Positions 28,783-38,552 of a DNA stretch of 48,635 bases are shown here, in pieces. The notes under the pieces are model-generated. The model had not been told where the DNA came from. It saw only the letters and a list, made by a program, of their open reading frames with translations, and did no database searches. Within the stretch, counting starts at the first letter, position 1; each line of letters opens with the position of its first letter. Origin of the DNA: Fimbriimonadales bacterium. GTDB lineage: Bacteria > Armatimonadota > Fimbriimonadia > Fimbriimonadales > ATM1. The position numbers were made by a program, and so were the translations under genes. The stretch lies in assembly GCA_051003155.1 (NCBI GenBank), contig JBPCLO010000009.1:1-48635 (forward strand), written 5' to 3'.

Positions 28783-29385
28783 CTAACGGACAGGGACGCG
28801 AAACTCGGCGATCCGATTTGCCTTGGTCAGCAGAAAAAGGCGACCGGGTAGCGAAACCAGGGACTTCCCAGTTGAGATTTGACCCGGAAAGGAACCGATT
28901 TTTACCACTCTAATAGGCCCTCTGTCGGCTGCGAAATAAGCGGTCGAGAGTTGATTCTTCGCTTCGATCGGTATGATTGCGACGCCCCCGGAAACCTGAA
29001 GGAGTCTGTGGGCAGATCTTTCTGGTAGGTTGAGGATGTCGTGGTGCACACCATCCCATCTGCCGAGCTTGGCTTTCCCATCGACTTCAGCGGCATACCA
29101 AAGCCAACCCGGAGAAACTACGCATCTTGCGTTGGTGTTGCCATAAACTCGCTCGCCGATGAGCTTGCTTCGTTGGACACCGCGGGCGACTATTGCGTAG
29201 GCGGTTAAGTCGTGCGCGAATAAGGTTGTCTTGCTCTTCCCGATAATTCTGGCGAATCCGGACCCACCGTGGTTCTGTTGGAGGAGTCGATAGCCCCGCC
29301 TAAATTCTTCGGGCCAGCCGCGGAAAGCTTTTTTCCGGCCATTTGGAGACACTTCAACTGCGCTACCGTTCGCGTCGATGATCAT
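28783..29385 (-). CDS. Hypothetical protein (possibly 5'-truncated)
   Basis: 200-aa beta-rich ORF; no family recognised. Confidence 0.45.
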   Translation of the reverse strand: MIIDANGSAVEVSPNGRKKAFRGWPEEFRRGYRLLQQNHGGSGFARIIGKSKTTLFAHDLTAYAIVARGVQRSKLIGERVYGNTNARCVVSPGWLWYAAEVDGKAKLGRWDGVHHDILNLPERSAHRLLQVSGGVAIIPIEAKNQLSTAYFAADRGPIRVVKIGSFPGQISTGKSLVSLPGRLFLLTKANRIAEFRVPVR

Positions 29386-29480
29386 AACCGAACGGCTAAG
29401 AAGTTTGGGCGCAACTCTCGATCGAAATTATGGTACGACTCGGAATTCCTTTTCGCAAGTCTGAGTAACCTCTGTTTAAC

Positions 29481-32400
29481 TTGTCCAAGTTAGCCGTAGC
29501 CCATTGCGTTCATGACGACAGCTATTATCTGGCCGATTCGATAGAGTCGTTCAAGCCGGCCGGGCCTGTATTCGTCTTCCTTAGCCGAACGCCGTGGTCT
29601 GGCCCCACCGGCGATCACAAAAAGGCTGCAGTGGTGGCTCGGAAAGCCGGAGCAGAGGTCATTCTCGGCGACTGGGCGTCGGAGCTCGAACACCGATTGG
29701 CTGCCATCACCACGATTAGGGAACGAGGCTTTTCGCACGTCCTCATCCCGGACGGAGACGAGATCATCGAACCGGGTTTGCTATCGACTCTAGAAGAGAT
29801 TGCCCGTCATGACCTCGCCGACCGAGTTTACGTCGAGTGGGATACTTACTGGAAATCGCCTGAATACGTGATCCGGCCGCGCGAAGGGTTTACGCCCGCG
29901 ATCCTGCTCAGCACAAGCGCCGCGACGCCAGTGGGCAAACGGGATTTCGTCGGGGGCCGGCCGCTAAAACTCTCATCAGAATACGGGATCATTCACCACC
30001 TTTCGTATGTTGGCCCAGATGAGAGGATCAAGCGCAAGATAAGCACCTTTAGCCACAAAAACGAGGTTTTGCCGGGTTGGTTATCCGGTGTTTGGGAAGC
30101 CTGGGACAGAAACAAACTGTTGAGGGATCTCCATCCCACCCACCCGCCAGCCTACAGCTTTGCCGAGCACATTGCAGTACCTGAAATCCTAGCAAGTGCG
30201 TTCGCCAAGTATCGTTCGTACTCGAGCGTCGGCGAGCCCGAGTTGCCGCATTTGGAACAAGGAGTTCCCACCATTTCCGTTGTGATACCTGTATGTGACG
30301 GCGCGGACGAGCTCCGCACGTGTCTAGACTCGCTGACGAGCTCGAGCGACATTATTAACGAGATCATCGTTGTCGACAACGGCTCATCAGACGATTCTTC
30401 GACGGTCGCCCGATCGTTTGAGAAAGTCATCTTGGTTTGCAATGACGAGAATCTCGGCTTTGCACGAGCTTGCAATCAGGGACTAGCTGCATCAGATGGC
30501 GAAATAGTCGTTTTTCTCAACAGCGACACGCTCGTTCCGCGCGTCGGGCTGATCCGGCTCATCGAGTCGCTCATCGCGTCCGGGTCAATTGGTGCAGCAG
30601 GACCGCTGACAAACTGCGCGGGACATTCCCAAATGCTCGCTTCTACATACACCACGCTGGGGACTATGGGATTGTTTGCCGAGGACCTAGCGATGCGAGA
30701 CGCCGAGGATAGCGAGACAGACATGCTCGTCGGGTTCTGCCTCGCGGTGAAGCGATCCGTTTTAGAGGAGGTAGGTCCGTTCGATGAACGTTTCGGCCTC
30801 GGCCTCTTCGAAGATAATGACCTCTGCTATCGCATTAGGCGCGCCGGATATCGTCTCGTAATCGCCAATAAGTCGTTTGTCCATCACCACGGGTCGTCGA
30901 CGATCAACAAGATCATAGAGGATCCCGCCGAGTTGCTTAGGCGCAACGAGCGTGCCTTCCGGCGCAAATGGGCCGACGATTTGACTTGCGGCTATTCTTC
31001 AGGGCTGTCAGGGCTTTCGCCGGCTCCCATCACATTCAATAGGGAAAATGATCCCCAAGTCCGCCTAGGCCGGCTCAAGCCCCTCATCAAGCAAGCCGAT
31101 ATTTCGCTCTGCATGATCGTGCGAAACGAGGAGCGGATTCTCGGCGATGCGCTCAGTACCGCAAAGCCCTTCTTCACGGAGCTCATAGTTGTTGACACCG
31201 GCTCAACCGACAAGACGATCGAGGTAGCGCGCAAGCATGGAGCTAAGGTCTTCGAATTTCCTTGGACGGATAGCTTCGCCGAGGCTCGCAATGAGTCTTT
31301 GCGCCATGTGCGGGGGAAGTGGTTTTTTTGGATGGATGCTGACGACACGTTGCCGCTCGAATCTGGCGAACAAATCGTCCGGGCCGCTGCAAACGCTGCG
31401 AAGAACATATCGGCATTCGTCGTACCGGTGCAATTCATCGAAGAGAGCGGTCAGGCGGGAACCCGAGTCGACCACGTCAAGCTGGTCAGGAATTTACCGG
31501 GACTCAAATTCGAAGGTCGCATCCATGAGCAGATCCTTCCCTCCCTGGGATCTCACAAAGGCAGCGTAGCTCGTTGCAGCGCCGTCGTCCTTCACTCCAA
31601 CTATGACGCCTCCGCCGAGGGCCAGAAGAAGAAGCGTGAGCGAGATTTTCACCTGTTAGCGCTGGAAGAGGCGGAGCGGCCCGATCACCCCTTCGTGCAA
31701 TTCAACCTAGGCATGACCTATCATTTCACTGATCAGCACGAAAAGGCAATCGGACACTTTCGACGTTCCATTGATCTAAGCGAGGAAGCGGAATCCCACT
31801 TGCGGAAGGCCTACGCCCTTCTGGGTGTTTCGTTGAAAGTGATTGGGCGTCGCGATGAAGCAATGGAGGCTTTCAAGAGGGGCTTGGAGGTATGCGGACC
31901 GGATGCAGAACTGCTGTTCCAGGTTGGCTTGCTGCAGGCCGACGCAGGAAGATTTCACGATGCGATAAAGTCCTACGAAGAGATATTTAGGCTGCAGGAT
32001 GAGGACAGCCATTACTCGAGCATTGATGTCGGCATTGGCAACTACAAGACCATGCACAACCTCGGCGTTGCCTACATGGCGATTGGAAACTACGAAAAAG
32101 CACGGTCAGCTTGGCTTCAAGCGATGGAAGCCGCCCCCATGCATGTTCCGAGCGCCGTCTCGCTCTCCCAGGCCGCCCTTGAACGCGGCGATTCAAAGAC
32201 GTTTCGCCAAAGCCTGGATATGGTCGTTCGCCTGGAGGGCCAGTCGGCAACGTGGGCCGAGCTCCAGGCGAGGTTTTGGGAACGCGAACTCGGCCCCGAA
32301 GCGGCCACTGACTTATTGGCAACCTCCCTAGGCAAACAGGCTGCCGAACCGGGAACCCATCTCGTGCTGGCACGGCGGTTTTTAGCCGAAGGTCGCGAGC

Positions 32401-32603
32401 GGGAAGCATCGCCTCTTCTTAATAATCTTAATGGGCTCGGGGTCGCTGAGGCAGCCTATTGTCTAGGTGTCATTCGTATCCGCGGCGGCCGGCTACAAGA
32501 GGCATTGGCTTTCATGAGACGGGCGCTCGAACTTAACCCTGGTCACGTGGAAACCGCGGAACAGATAGACAATCTCACAAATGCGCTCGCTGCAGAGGAG
32601 TGA
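29481..32603 (+). CDS. Multidomain glycosyltransferase (three GT2-like domains + TPRs)
   Basis: First domain IPDGDE; second ISVVIP...VVDNGSSD...FLNSDT; third ISLCMIVRNEE...VDTGSTD...WMDADD...GRIHEQI. C-terminal TPR motifs (FNLGMTY, HNLGVAY). Confidence 0.9.
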   Translation: MSKLAVAHCVHDDSYYLADSIESFKPAGPVFVFLSRTPWSGPTGDHKKAAVVARKAGAEVILGDWASELEHRLAAITTIRERGFSHVLIPDGDEIIEPGLLSTLEEIARHDLADRVYVEWDTYWKSPEYVIRPREGFTPAILLSTSAATPVGKRDFVGGRPLKLSSEYGIIHHLSYVGPDERIKRKISTFSHKNEVLPGWLSGVWEAWDRNKLLRDLHPTHPPAYSFAEHIAVPEILASAFAKYRSYSSVGEPELPHLEQGVPTISVVIPVCDGADELRTCLDSLTSSSDIINEIIVVDNGSSDDSSTVARSFEKVILVCNDENLGFARACNQGLAASDGEIVVFLNSDTLVPRVGLIRLIESLIASGSIGAAGPLTNCAGHSQMLASTYTTLGTMGLFAEDLAMRDAEDSETDMLVGFCLAVKRSVLEEVGPFDERFGLGLFEDNDLCYRIRRAGYRLVIANKSFVHHHGSSTINKIIEDPAELLRRNERAFRRKWADDLTCGYSSGLSGLSPAPITFNRENDPQVRLGRLKPLIKQADISLCMIVRNEERILGDALSTAKPFFTELIVVDTGSTDKTIEVARKHGAKVFEFPWTDSFAEARNESLRHVRGKWFFWMDADDTLPLESGEQIVRAAANAAKNISAFVVPVQFIEESGQAGTRVDHVKLVRNLPGLKFEGRIHEQILPSLGSHKGSVARCSAVVLHSNYDASAEGQKKKRERDFHLLALEEAERPDHPFVQFNLGMTYHFTDQHEKAIGHFRRSIDLSEEAESHLRKAYALLGVSLKVIGRRDEAMEAFKRGLEVCGPDAELLFQVGLLQADAGRFHDAIKSYEEIFRLQDEDSHYSSIDVGIGNYKTMHNLGVAYMAIGNYEKARSAWLQAMEAAPMHVPSAVSLSQAALERGDSKTFRQSLDMVVRLEGQSATWAELQARFWERELGPEAATDLLATSLGKQAAEPGTHLVLARRFLAEGREREASPLLNNLNGLGVAEAAYCLGVIRIRGGRLQEALAFMRRALELNPGHVETAEQIDNLTNALAAEE

Positions 32604-32610
32604 CCGAACA

Positions 32611-32642
32611 CTTTCCTATAGTGATGGCGTCTAATAGGAAAG
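32611..32642. promoter_or_regulatory. Inverted repeat CTTTCCTAT-N14-ATAGGAAAG
   Basis: Perfect 9-bp arms between the GT stop and the 70-aa ORF. Confidence 0.4.
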
Positions 32643-32661
32643 AAGAGGATTACCTCTAATC

Positions 32662-32874
32662 ATGACGACTATATGCGTCCCGTTTAGTGATGGTCCCGTT
32701 GGAGATCAACTGTCACATTGCGGCCCACCGGCAGGGAACTGTGGGCCTTTAAGTAGTAGTAATTCCGCTTGCGTCCGAGGAAGTCGCGGCAGCTTGCCGG
32801 AGCCTGGGCCGAACGTGGTTTATTCTCCTGGTTCAGCTTCGGTGGGTAACCCTTGCCCAAACATCGCCCCATGA
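32662..32874 (+). CDS. Small Cys/Ser/Gly/Pro-rich peptide
   Basis: 70-aa ATG ORF after GAGGA with 5 Cys. Fills the gap between the GT and the RHS shell. Confidence 0.5.
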   Translation: MTTICVPFSDGPVGDQLSHCGPPAGNCGPLSSSNSACVRGSRGSLPEPGPNVVYSPGSASVGNPCPNIAP

Positions 32875-32897
32875 CTATCTAGAACCTTCGAGCAGAG

Positions 32898-35800
32898 GTG
32901 ACGCTTTTGAGCAAACAGCAATTTGGAGTCGAACCAAGACAGGGTTATGGAACACCCGAGTCGAATTCTCATCGGCCAACTCCTGCTTTGCCTTCAGGGG
33001 CTCTAATCATCGATCCCGAGATTGAACTGAAGGCAAAGAAGTTCAATCTAGCGATTAGCTTTTTCTACAGCAGCCAGAGCGATGCCGACGGGTCCTATGG
33101 AGTTGCGCGATCGTCCAGCGCTGATGGACATGTTTTGAGTCAAACCTCAGGGGTCGGCAAGGTCGCGACCGTCGTCCGCGGAGATTTCACTCAGTACCCA
33201 TATACAATCGTGGGAACTTCTGGACCGATTACTACATATCGGGCCTTCACCGGAGCAGGCGCGGTAACTACATTAAGTTATGATGGGGCAGATTTCACCG
33301 AGTATTTCAATGATGGCAAACAGATCATATATAGGTCACAGGTTGCCGCGGGCAAGCATGAAATTCTTCGGGTCAGGGATGCGGACGGTGTCCGTCACAC
33401 ATATGCGTACGGCGCGGGCGTTGAAGCGGGTCTCCTAAAGACTATCGAAGTCCCTGGGGGCAGAAAGGTTACATTCAACTACGTTTCGGCCACCGGTCCA
33501 ACATCCCTTCTTTCCTTTGTCGAAGATTGGGGAAACAGGCGCACGAGCTTTCAGTACGACTCAACTCGACATCTAACGACGATGATGCTTCCCACTGGAT
33601 GCGTAACTAGGTACGGTTACTCGCTGGCTGGCACCGGCGTGCACACGTTAGTTCATACCATCGAAGATCCGCGAGGCTTTGTCACGACCTATCTATATGA
33701 CGCTTCACGACGCGTAAAGCAGATGAACGCTGGTGCTGCTGAATGGAAGTGGGGCTACGGCACCAGCACAGATATCGTGACGATGACCTGGCCGACCGGG
33801 GCGCTCACCACCTATATGTACAGCGCTGAAGGTGACCTCGCGTCGATGATGAAGCCGGACGGCGTTCTTACGACTTATTCCTATAACAATAGAATCAAGA
33901 CAAAAGAGCAGATACCAGCCGGAACCGTTTATAGCGTTAGTTACAATGAAACGCTTTGGCTCATTGAGAAGTCGGACGATGCTTTGGGCAACCGCACTAG
34001 CTTCCAATACGATTCGTTTGGGAACTTGACCACTTTCGTTGACGCCCTTGGCAAAACGACCACTTATGCCTACCATAGCACCGGTTCGACCCACCGTCGA
34101 ATCCGCCAGACGGACCCGCTCGGTCGCGTAACGTCGTACGCTTACGATTCCGAGGGGCAGTTAGCTTCGACAACAGACCCGAGGGGTCTGATAACCACCT
34201 TCAATTACGATACTTTTGGCAACGTAGCAAGCATCGTCGATTCGCGCGGCAAGGTGACGACGAATCAATATGATTCCCTCAATCGATTAACCACAACTAC
34301 AGATCCTTTGGGCCGCATCACGAAACGCGCCTATGATTCTGGTGACAACGTGATTAGCGTGACCAACGGAGCTGGTGAGGCGACCCGATATGTGTTCGAT
34401 GGCTGCTTGCTCCAGGCAGTGGTCGATCCACTTGACCATCGGACCACGTACACTTACGGCCGCTTTCAGAATGTGCTTACGGAAACGGATGCGCTTGGGA
34501 ACGCCACGGTTTATGCCTACGATTCAATGGGTTACCTGACAACCGACACCAATGCAAGCACGAAAGATCGAAGCATTAGCTACAACTCCGCCCGGCAAAA
34601 GATCGCCGATGTAGACGAACTTGGCAAAAGGACGAGCTATGCCTACGACACGAACGGAAGGCTCACGACAACTACGGACGGGCCAGGCCACACGCTCGTA
34701 TCATCCTATAATGCCAGGGGCGATTTAACGACCGTCACCAATGCTCTGGGATTTACCATGGTTTACGGATACGACGCGGTCGGCCGTCAAACGACCGTGA
34801 CGAATGCCCTGGGCCAATCCTCCGTAATGGTCTACGATGACGCGGGTCAACTGAGTGCACAGGTCGATCCGCTGGGCAATCGAATTACATTCCAATATGA
34901 CGCGGCCGGTAATAGGACGACGCTTAACGACGCAAACGTCAAAATCTCCACGGGCATATATGAAACAAATAGCAATCTGCCGCTAGCAAATGTCGATGCG
35001 ATCGGTGGACGGACAACCTACGCATACGATGATGCGGGCCAGCAGTTATCTATTCAAGATGCCCGGGGCAACCGAACCACTTTTGCTCACGATCTGGCCG
35101 GCAGGACCAAATCGATTGAGAACGCCCTAGGTCACAAGACTACTTACGGCTACGACGCCGCCGGGCGAACGGTGACGGTCATGGATGCGCTTAGCGACAT
35201 CAAGACCATGTCGTACGACAACGTCAACAGGCTCGTCAGCATCATCTACGCGGACGCAACCAGGGTTACATTTGCCTATGACGCTTTAGGCAACCGAACT
35301 GCGATGATCGACCCGGGTGGTACCACGACTTACGCCTACGACGATCGCAACAGCACCATCCGCGAATCGCGTCCTGGCGGCTTTGTTACCACTATGGCTT
35401 ATGACGCGGTAGGCAATCGCACGACTCTGATAGACCCGGATGGCGGCGTCTTCACGACAAGTTACGATGCCCTAAACAGAGTTGAGCTGGTCGTGGATCC
35501 TGACGCCAACAGGACAACATTCCAATACGACAAGGCTGACCGCCGGACGACCCTGATCGATGCGAACGGCAATACGAGAAAGTACGCCTACGATGCGGCC
35601 GGAAAATTGACGACCCAGATCGAATTGAACTCCTCGGGTAACCCAATCATAACGATCATCGACACTTACGATGCCGTCGGCAATAGGACTGGCCGGGTCC
35701 ACGATGGTGTGGTAACAACTTGGGTCTATGACGATATCAACCGATTGACCAGCCAAATTAAGTCGGGCGAAAGAGCCACGTTTGTTTACGACTCGGTCGG

Positions 35801-36146
35801 CAACATCGTCACTAAGCACCAAGAAGGGTCAGCCGCGATGAAGTTCACCTACGATAATGCCGATCGGATTGTCACGATGTTCCAAGGTATCGGCAGGACG
35901 ACCTTCACTTACGACGACAGCGGCAACATGACCCAGGAGGCGTTTAGCTCCGGCATATTGCCGGCCGTCCTCACGACATACGCTTACGATCACGAGAACA
36001 GGCTGGTCGCGGTTAAGGAACCTTCGGCCGTCACGACCTACACTTACGATGGCGACGGCTTGAGACGTAGTTCGAAACCATCAGTGTCTCTGTCGCCTAC
36101 GACTTTCATTTGGGATGGCGACGATTACCTTATGGAGAAATCGTAA
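32898..36146 (+). CDS. RHS/YD-repeat shell protein lacking the RHS core and tip
   Basis: DUF6531-like start and dozens of TDPLG...TTYAYD..G repeats. Ends TTFIWDGDDYLMEKS* with no DxLGS or DPxG motif. Confidence 0.92.
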   Translation: MTLLSKQQFGVEPRQGYGTPESNSHRPTPALPSGALIIDPEIELKAKKFNLAISFFYSSQSDADGSYGVARSSSADGHVLSQTSGVGKVATVVRGDFTQYPYTIVGTSGPITTYRAFTGAGAVTTLSYDGADFTEYFNDGKQIIYRSQVAAGKHEILRVRDADGVRHTYAYGAGVEAGLLKTIEVPGGRKVTFNYVSATGPTSLLSFVEDWGNRRTSFQYDSTRHLTTMMLPTGCVTRYGYSLAGTGVHTLVHTIEDPRGFVTTYLYDASRRVKQMNAGAAEWKWGYGTSTDIVTMTWPTGALTTYMYSAEGDLASMMKPDGVLTTYSYNNRIKTKEQIPAGTVYSVSYNETLWLIEKSDDALGNRTSFQYDSFGNLTTFVDALGKTTTYAYHSTGSTHRRIRQTDPLGRVTSYAYDSEGQLASTTDPRGLITTFNYDTFGNVASIVDSRGKVTTNQYDSLNRLTTTTDPLGRITKRAYDSGDNVISVTNGAGEATRYVFDGCLLQAVVDPLDHRTTYTYGRFQNVLTETDALGNATVYAYDSMGYLTTDTNASTKDRSISYNSARQKIADVDELGKRTSYAYDTNGRLTTTTDGPGHTLVSSYNARGDLTTVTNALGFTMVYGYDAVGRQTTVTNALGQSSVMVYDDAGQLSAQVDPLGNRITFQYDAAGNRTTLNDANVKISTGIYETNSNLPLANVDAIGGRTTYAYDDAGQQLSIQDARGNRTTFAHDLAGRTKSIENALGHKTTYGYDAAGRTVTVMDALSDIKTMSYDNVNRLVSIIYADATRVTFAYDALGNRTAMIDPGGTTTYAYDDRNSTIRESRPGGFVTTMAYDAVGNRTTLIDPDGGVFTTSYDALNRVELVVDPDANRTTFQYDKADRRTTLIDANGNTRKYAYDAAGKLTTQIELNSSGNPIITIIDTYDAVGNRTGRVHDGVVTTWVYDDINRLTSQIKSGERATFVYDSVGNIVTKHQEGSAAMKFTYDNADRIVTMFQGIGRTTFTYDDSGNMTQEAFSSGILPAVLTTYAYDHENRLVAVKEPSAVTTYTYDGDGLRRSSKPSVSLSPTTFIWDGDDYLMEKS

Positions 36147-36360
36147 AATGCCGACAGTTCGGTACACGGTTGTTAACGGTGAAGTGATTGCGGAGAAGCG
36201 GGGAGGCGTCCGCCGAACTTACGTCCCGGACCCATTGGGTTCAACAGTTGCCCTGCTGGATAATTCTCAGACCAAGACGGATACATTTACCTATTGGCCG
36301 TACGGAGAGGTCAAGACGCGAACAGGCACTACACAAACGCCATTTCAGTTTGTTGGAGCG
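36105..36360 (+). repeat. Shell-end/core-start repeat, copy 1
   Basis: Highly similar to 37635-37890, including an identical block of ~83 bp (36169-36251 = 37698-37780). A more diverged inverted copy lies at ~27980-28192. Confidence 0.9.
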
Positions 36361-36990
36361 CGAGGCTATTACGCGGATTCGGCAACCCGGACCTACGTGC
36401 GAGCGAGACATCTCGCAACGGCGCTTGGGTGCTGGCTAACGGTCGATGCACTCTGGCCGAGGCAAAGAGCGTACGCCTATGCCGGTGGGCGTCCGATTAC
36501 GGTCATCGACCCCAGTGGGTCATTGATCGTAATCATCAGCAGGAGCTGCCAGCGGCCGCCTTGGAATACTCACGGAATTGCATTCAAAGTTAGGCAGCTG
36601 TGCCGTGCGCTTGCGAACGATCCCAATTGCGGTTGCAAGTGCGGCGATTGGCCTCATCTCCTTGAATGTTTGCTCAAGAAATGTAACAGCGTCATAAAGA
36701 TAAACTGCTTAACCGCGCAAGAATGCCTGGAGCAGTACGGTTCGGTACCATGTGCCTTTTCACAAACTCCGGGAGGCACGGTCAACCTTTGCCCACCGTC
36801 CTTGAATTCTTCGGAATGTGATTGCTTACAGAATACAATCCTTCACGAAATGGCGCATGGTTGCGGAGAGGGAGAAGAGAGCGTTCCAGATTGTGTTGCC
36901 GATTTCTGTACCTGGAATTTACCTGAGTGCGAGGATCTTCGCAGAAATTACGATGCTGATGCACTCTCGGAAATGTTGCTTGTGAGGTGA
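36148..36990 (+). CDS. RHS core + Cys-rich HEXXH metalloprotease-like tip
   Basis: ATG one base after the shell stop, with GGAG RBS inside the last shell codons. RPITVIDPSG; VNLCP...TILHEMAH; 17 Cys in the tip. Confidence 0.88.
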   Translation: MPTVRYTVVNGEVIAEKRGGVRRTYVPDPLGSTVALLDNSQTKTDTFTYWPYGEVKTRTGTTQTPFQFVGARGYYADSATRTYVRARHLATALGCWLTVDALWPRQRAYAYAGGRPITVIDPSGSLIVIISRSCQRPPWNTHGIAFKVRQLCRALANDPNCGCKCGDWPHLLECLLKKCNSVIKINCLTAQECLEQYGSVPCAFSQTPGGTVNLCPPSLNSSECDCLQNTILHEMAHGCGEGEESVPDCVADFCTWNLPECEDLRRNYDADALSEMLLVR

Positions 36991-36994
36991 CAAC

Positions 36995-37615
36995 ATGATT
37001 GAACTCATTACAATGATATTGATCCAAAGCTCCTACTCGGCCAAGCTTCCAAGAATCGAGGTCGAGGACCTCCTTAGACATAGTAATATCGTTGCTATTG
37101 TACAGGTTCAGAACACACAGCCGCGGTCCGGCCGAACGATTGTTACTCGCGCCCTGCAAGTAATAAAGCCAAGACCTCAAAATAAGGGAACTCAAATCGA
37201 GTTCGTTCCTAGAGGCGTATACCCTGAAGGCGTGGGACTCACGACCAAGGCAGACGGCCGCTTGCTCGTATTTCTTAAACGGTGGGCACCATCCGATTTG
37301 CGTATACTTAAAATGCACCGCTACGCGGACACTGCCCGTGGTCTTTGGAAAAGGCGTTTGTCAATGCTTAGCCTGGATCATTTTGGCTACGGCGGATTCA
37401 CTATCACACGCAGGAGAGGTGCGGATTTTCTTGCATTGGTCCAAGTGCGCGACGGCAAGGGGCGACTGCGGCTCGGTGGCCGCCATGGCACGGTGCTATT
37501 CCCGGACCGCCTCCGCAAGCATGCCATATCAGAAGGCCGAACGCATTTGATACCTATGTCGGACCTGTTGAAGTATTTGAGCAGTATTGAGGAGATTGAT
37601 AAGAAACGTTCGTGA
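36995..37615 (+). CDS. Candidate immunity protein (exported, tentatively TIMP/NTR-like)
   Basis: Starts 4 nt after the toxin stop. Hydrophobic N-terminus and an EDLLRHSNIVAIVQV...LLVFL pattern. Confidence 0.6.
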   Translation: MIELITMILIQSSYSAKLPRIEVEDLLRHSNIVAIVQVQNTQPRSGRTIVTRALQVIKPRPQNKGTQIEFVPRGVYPEGVGLTTKADGRLLVFLKRWAPSDLRILKMHRYADTARGLWKRRLSMLSLDHFGYGGFTITRRRGADFLALVQVRDGKGRLRLGGRHGTVLFPDRLRKHAISEGRTHLIPMSDLLKYLSSIEEIDKKRS

Positions 37616-37634
37616 TTCCCGGCGTCCGCAGGCG

Positions 37635-37890
37635 TTCATTTGGGACGGCGACGATTACCTAATGGAGAAATCTTAATTGCCAACTGTTCGCTACACAGTT
37701 GTTAACGGTGAAGTGATTGCGGAGAAGCGGGGAGGCGTCCGCCGAACTTACGTCCCGGACCCATTGGGTTCAACAGTTGCTCTGTTGGATAACACCCAAA
37801 CCAAGACGGATACATTCACTTACTGGCCGTACGGCGAGTTAAACGCGAGGACAGGAACTACACCTACGCCGTTTCAGTTTGTTGGAACCC
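37635..37890 (+). repeat. Shell-end/core-start repeat, copy 2
   Basis: Re-encodes FIWDGDDYLMEKS* followed by the core start. Confidence 0.9.
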
Positions 37891-38552
37891 TAGGATACTA
37901 TGCGGAGACTAATCGCAACTACGTCAGATCAAGGTTCCTCCAGCCTGCGACCGCACGGTGGCTATCCGAGGATCCTCTTCGAGATTCGTGGCATTGGTAC
38001 GCCTACTGCGAGAACAGCCCCCTAACACAAGTTGATCCATCAGGATTAAGCATCAATTTCGAGTGCAAGTGTTCAGGACGGCAGCGACAAAAAGCAATCG
38101 CCGATGCTTTTAAGAGCATCTGCAATTCGCGAGCCATTGCAGACATTGACTCATGCATTGCTGACAATTGCAAGGATCTTAAAGGCATGATCGACTGTAT
38201 TAGCGGTTTTTGTACAAGGAGCAACGGCAGGAAAATCACGGTAAGGTGCAACGATAAGAAAAAAGGATATGCCGAGGGAATCGCTGAAACGAATGAGATC
38301 ATTTTGCACGGTTCGGCCTGGAACGCGGGCAGTGTGGGCGGCTTAGCGTGTATTTTGTTGCATGAGCTTATACATCTCTGTGGCCACGACCACTATTTGC
38401 CAAATTCCAGGGGGTATCCTCAAACCATAGAGGAAGATTGTTTATGTTCCAATTGTACATATTACTTCAACAAGCGATGTCGAACTTTTATATTTAATGG
38501 AATATACGGATGGGAGGATTGTGCTGGACTTGGTACGTGCCCTACTCCTTAG
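37677..38552 (+). CDS. RHS core + Cys-rich metzincin-like tip
   Basis: TTG start; RWLSEDP...SPLTQVDPSGL; HELIHLCGHDH (HEXXHxxGxxH); 16 Cys in the tip. Confidence 0.88.
   Translation: MPTVRYTVVNGEVIAEKRGGVRRTYVPDPLGSTVALLDNTQTKTDTFTYWPYGELNARTGTTPTPFQFVGTLGYYAETNRNYVRSRFLQPATARWLSEDPLRDSWHWYAYCENSPLTQVDPSGLSINFECKCSGRQRQKAIADAFKSICNSRAIADIDSCIADNCKDLKGMIDCISGFCTRSNGRKITVRCNDKKKGYAEGIAETNEIILHGSAWNAGSVGGLACILLHELIHLCGHDHYLPNSRGYPQTIEEDCLCSNCTYYFNKRCRTFIFNGIYGWEDCAGLGTCPTP

Noticed and set aside
33500..36100. Periodic sequence as a CRISPR array or DNA tandem repeat
   Set aside because: The periodicity is protein-level YD repeats with variable codons. No identical repeat-spacer units, cas genes, tRNAs or rRNAs were noticed anywhere in the window.
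36144..36150. Shell/core break as a sequencing error or simple pseudogene
   Set aside because: The stop is reproduced in the second cassette with different spacing, and three cores start at the same residue with RBS-like sequences.
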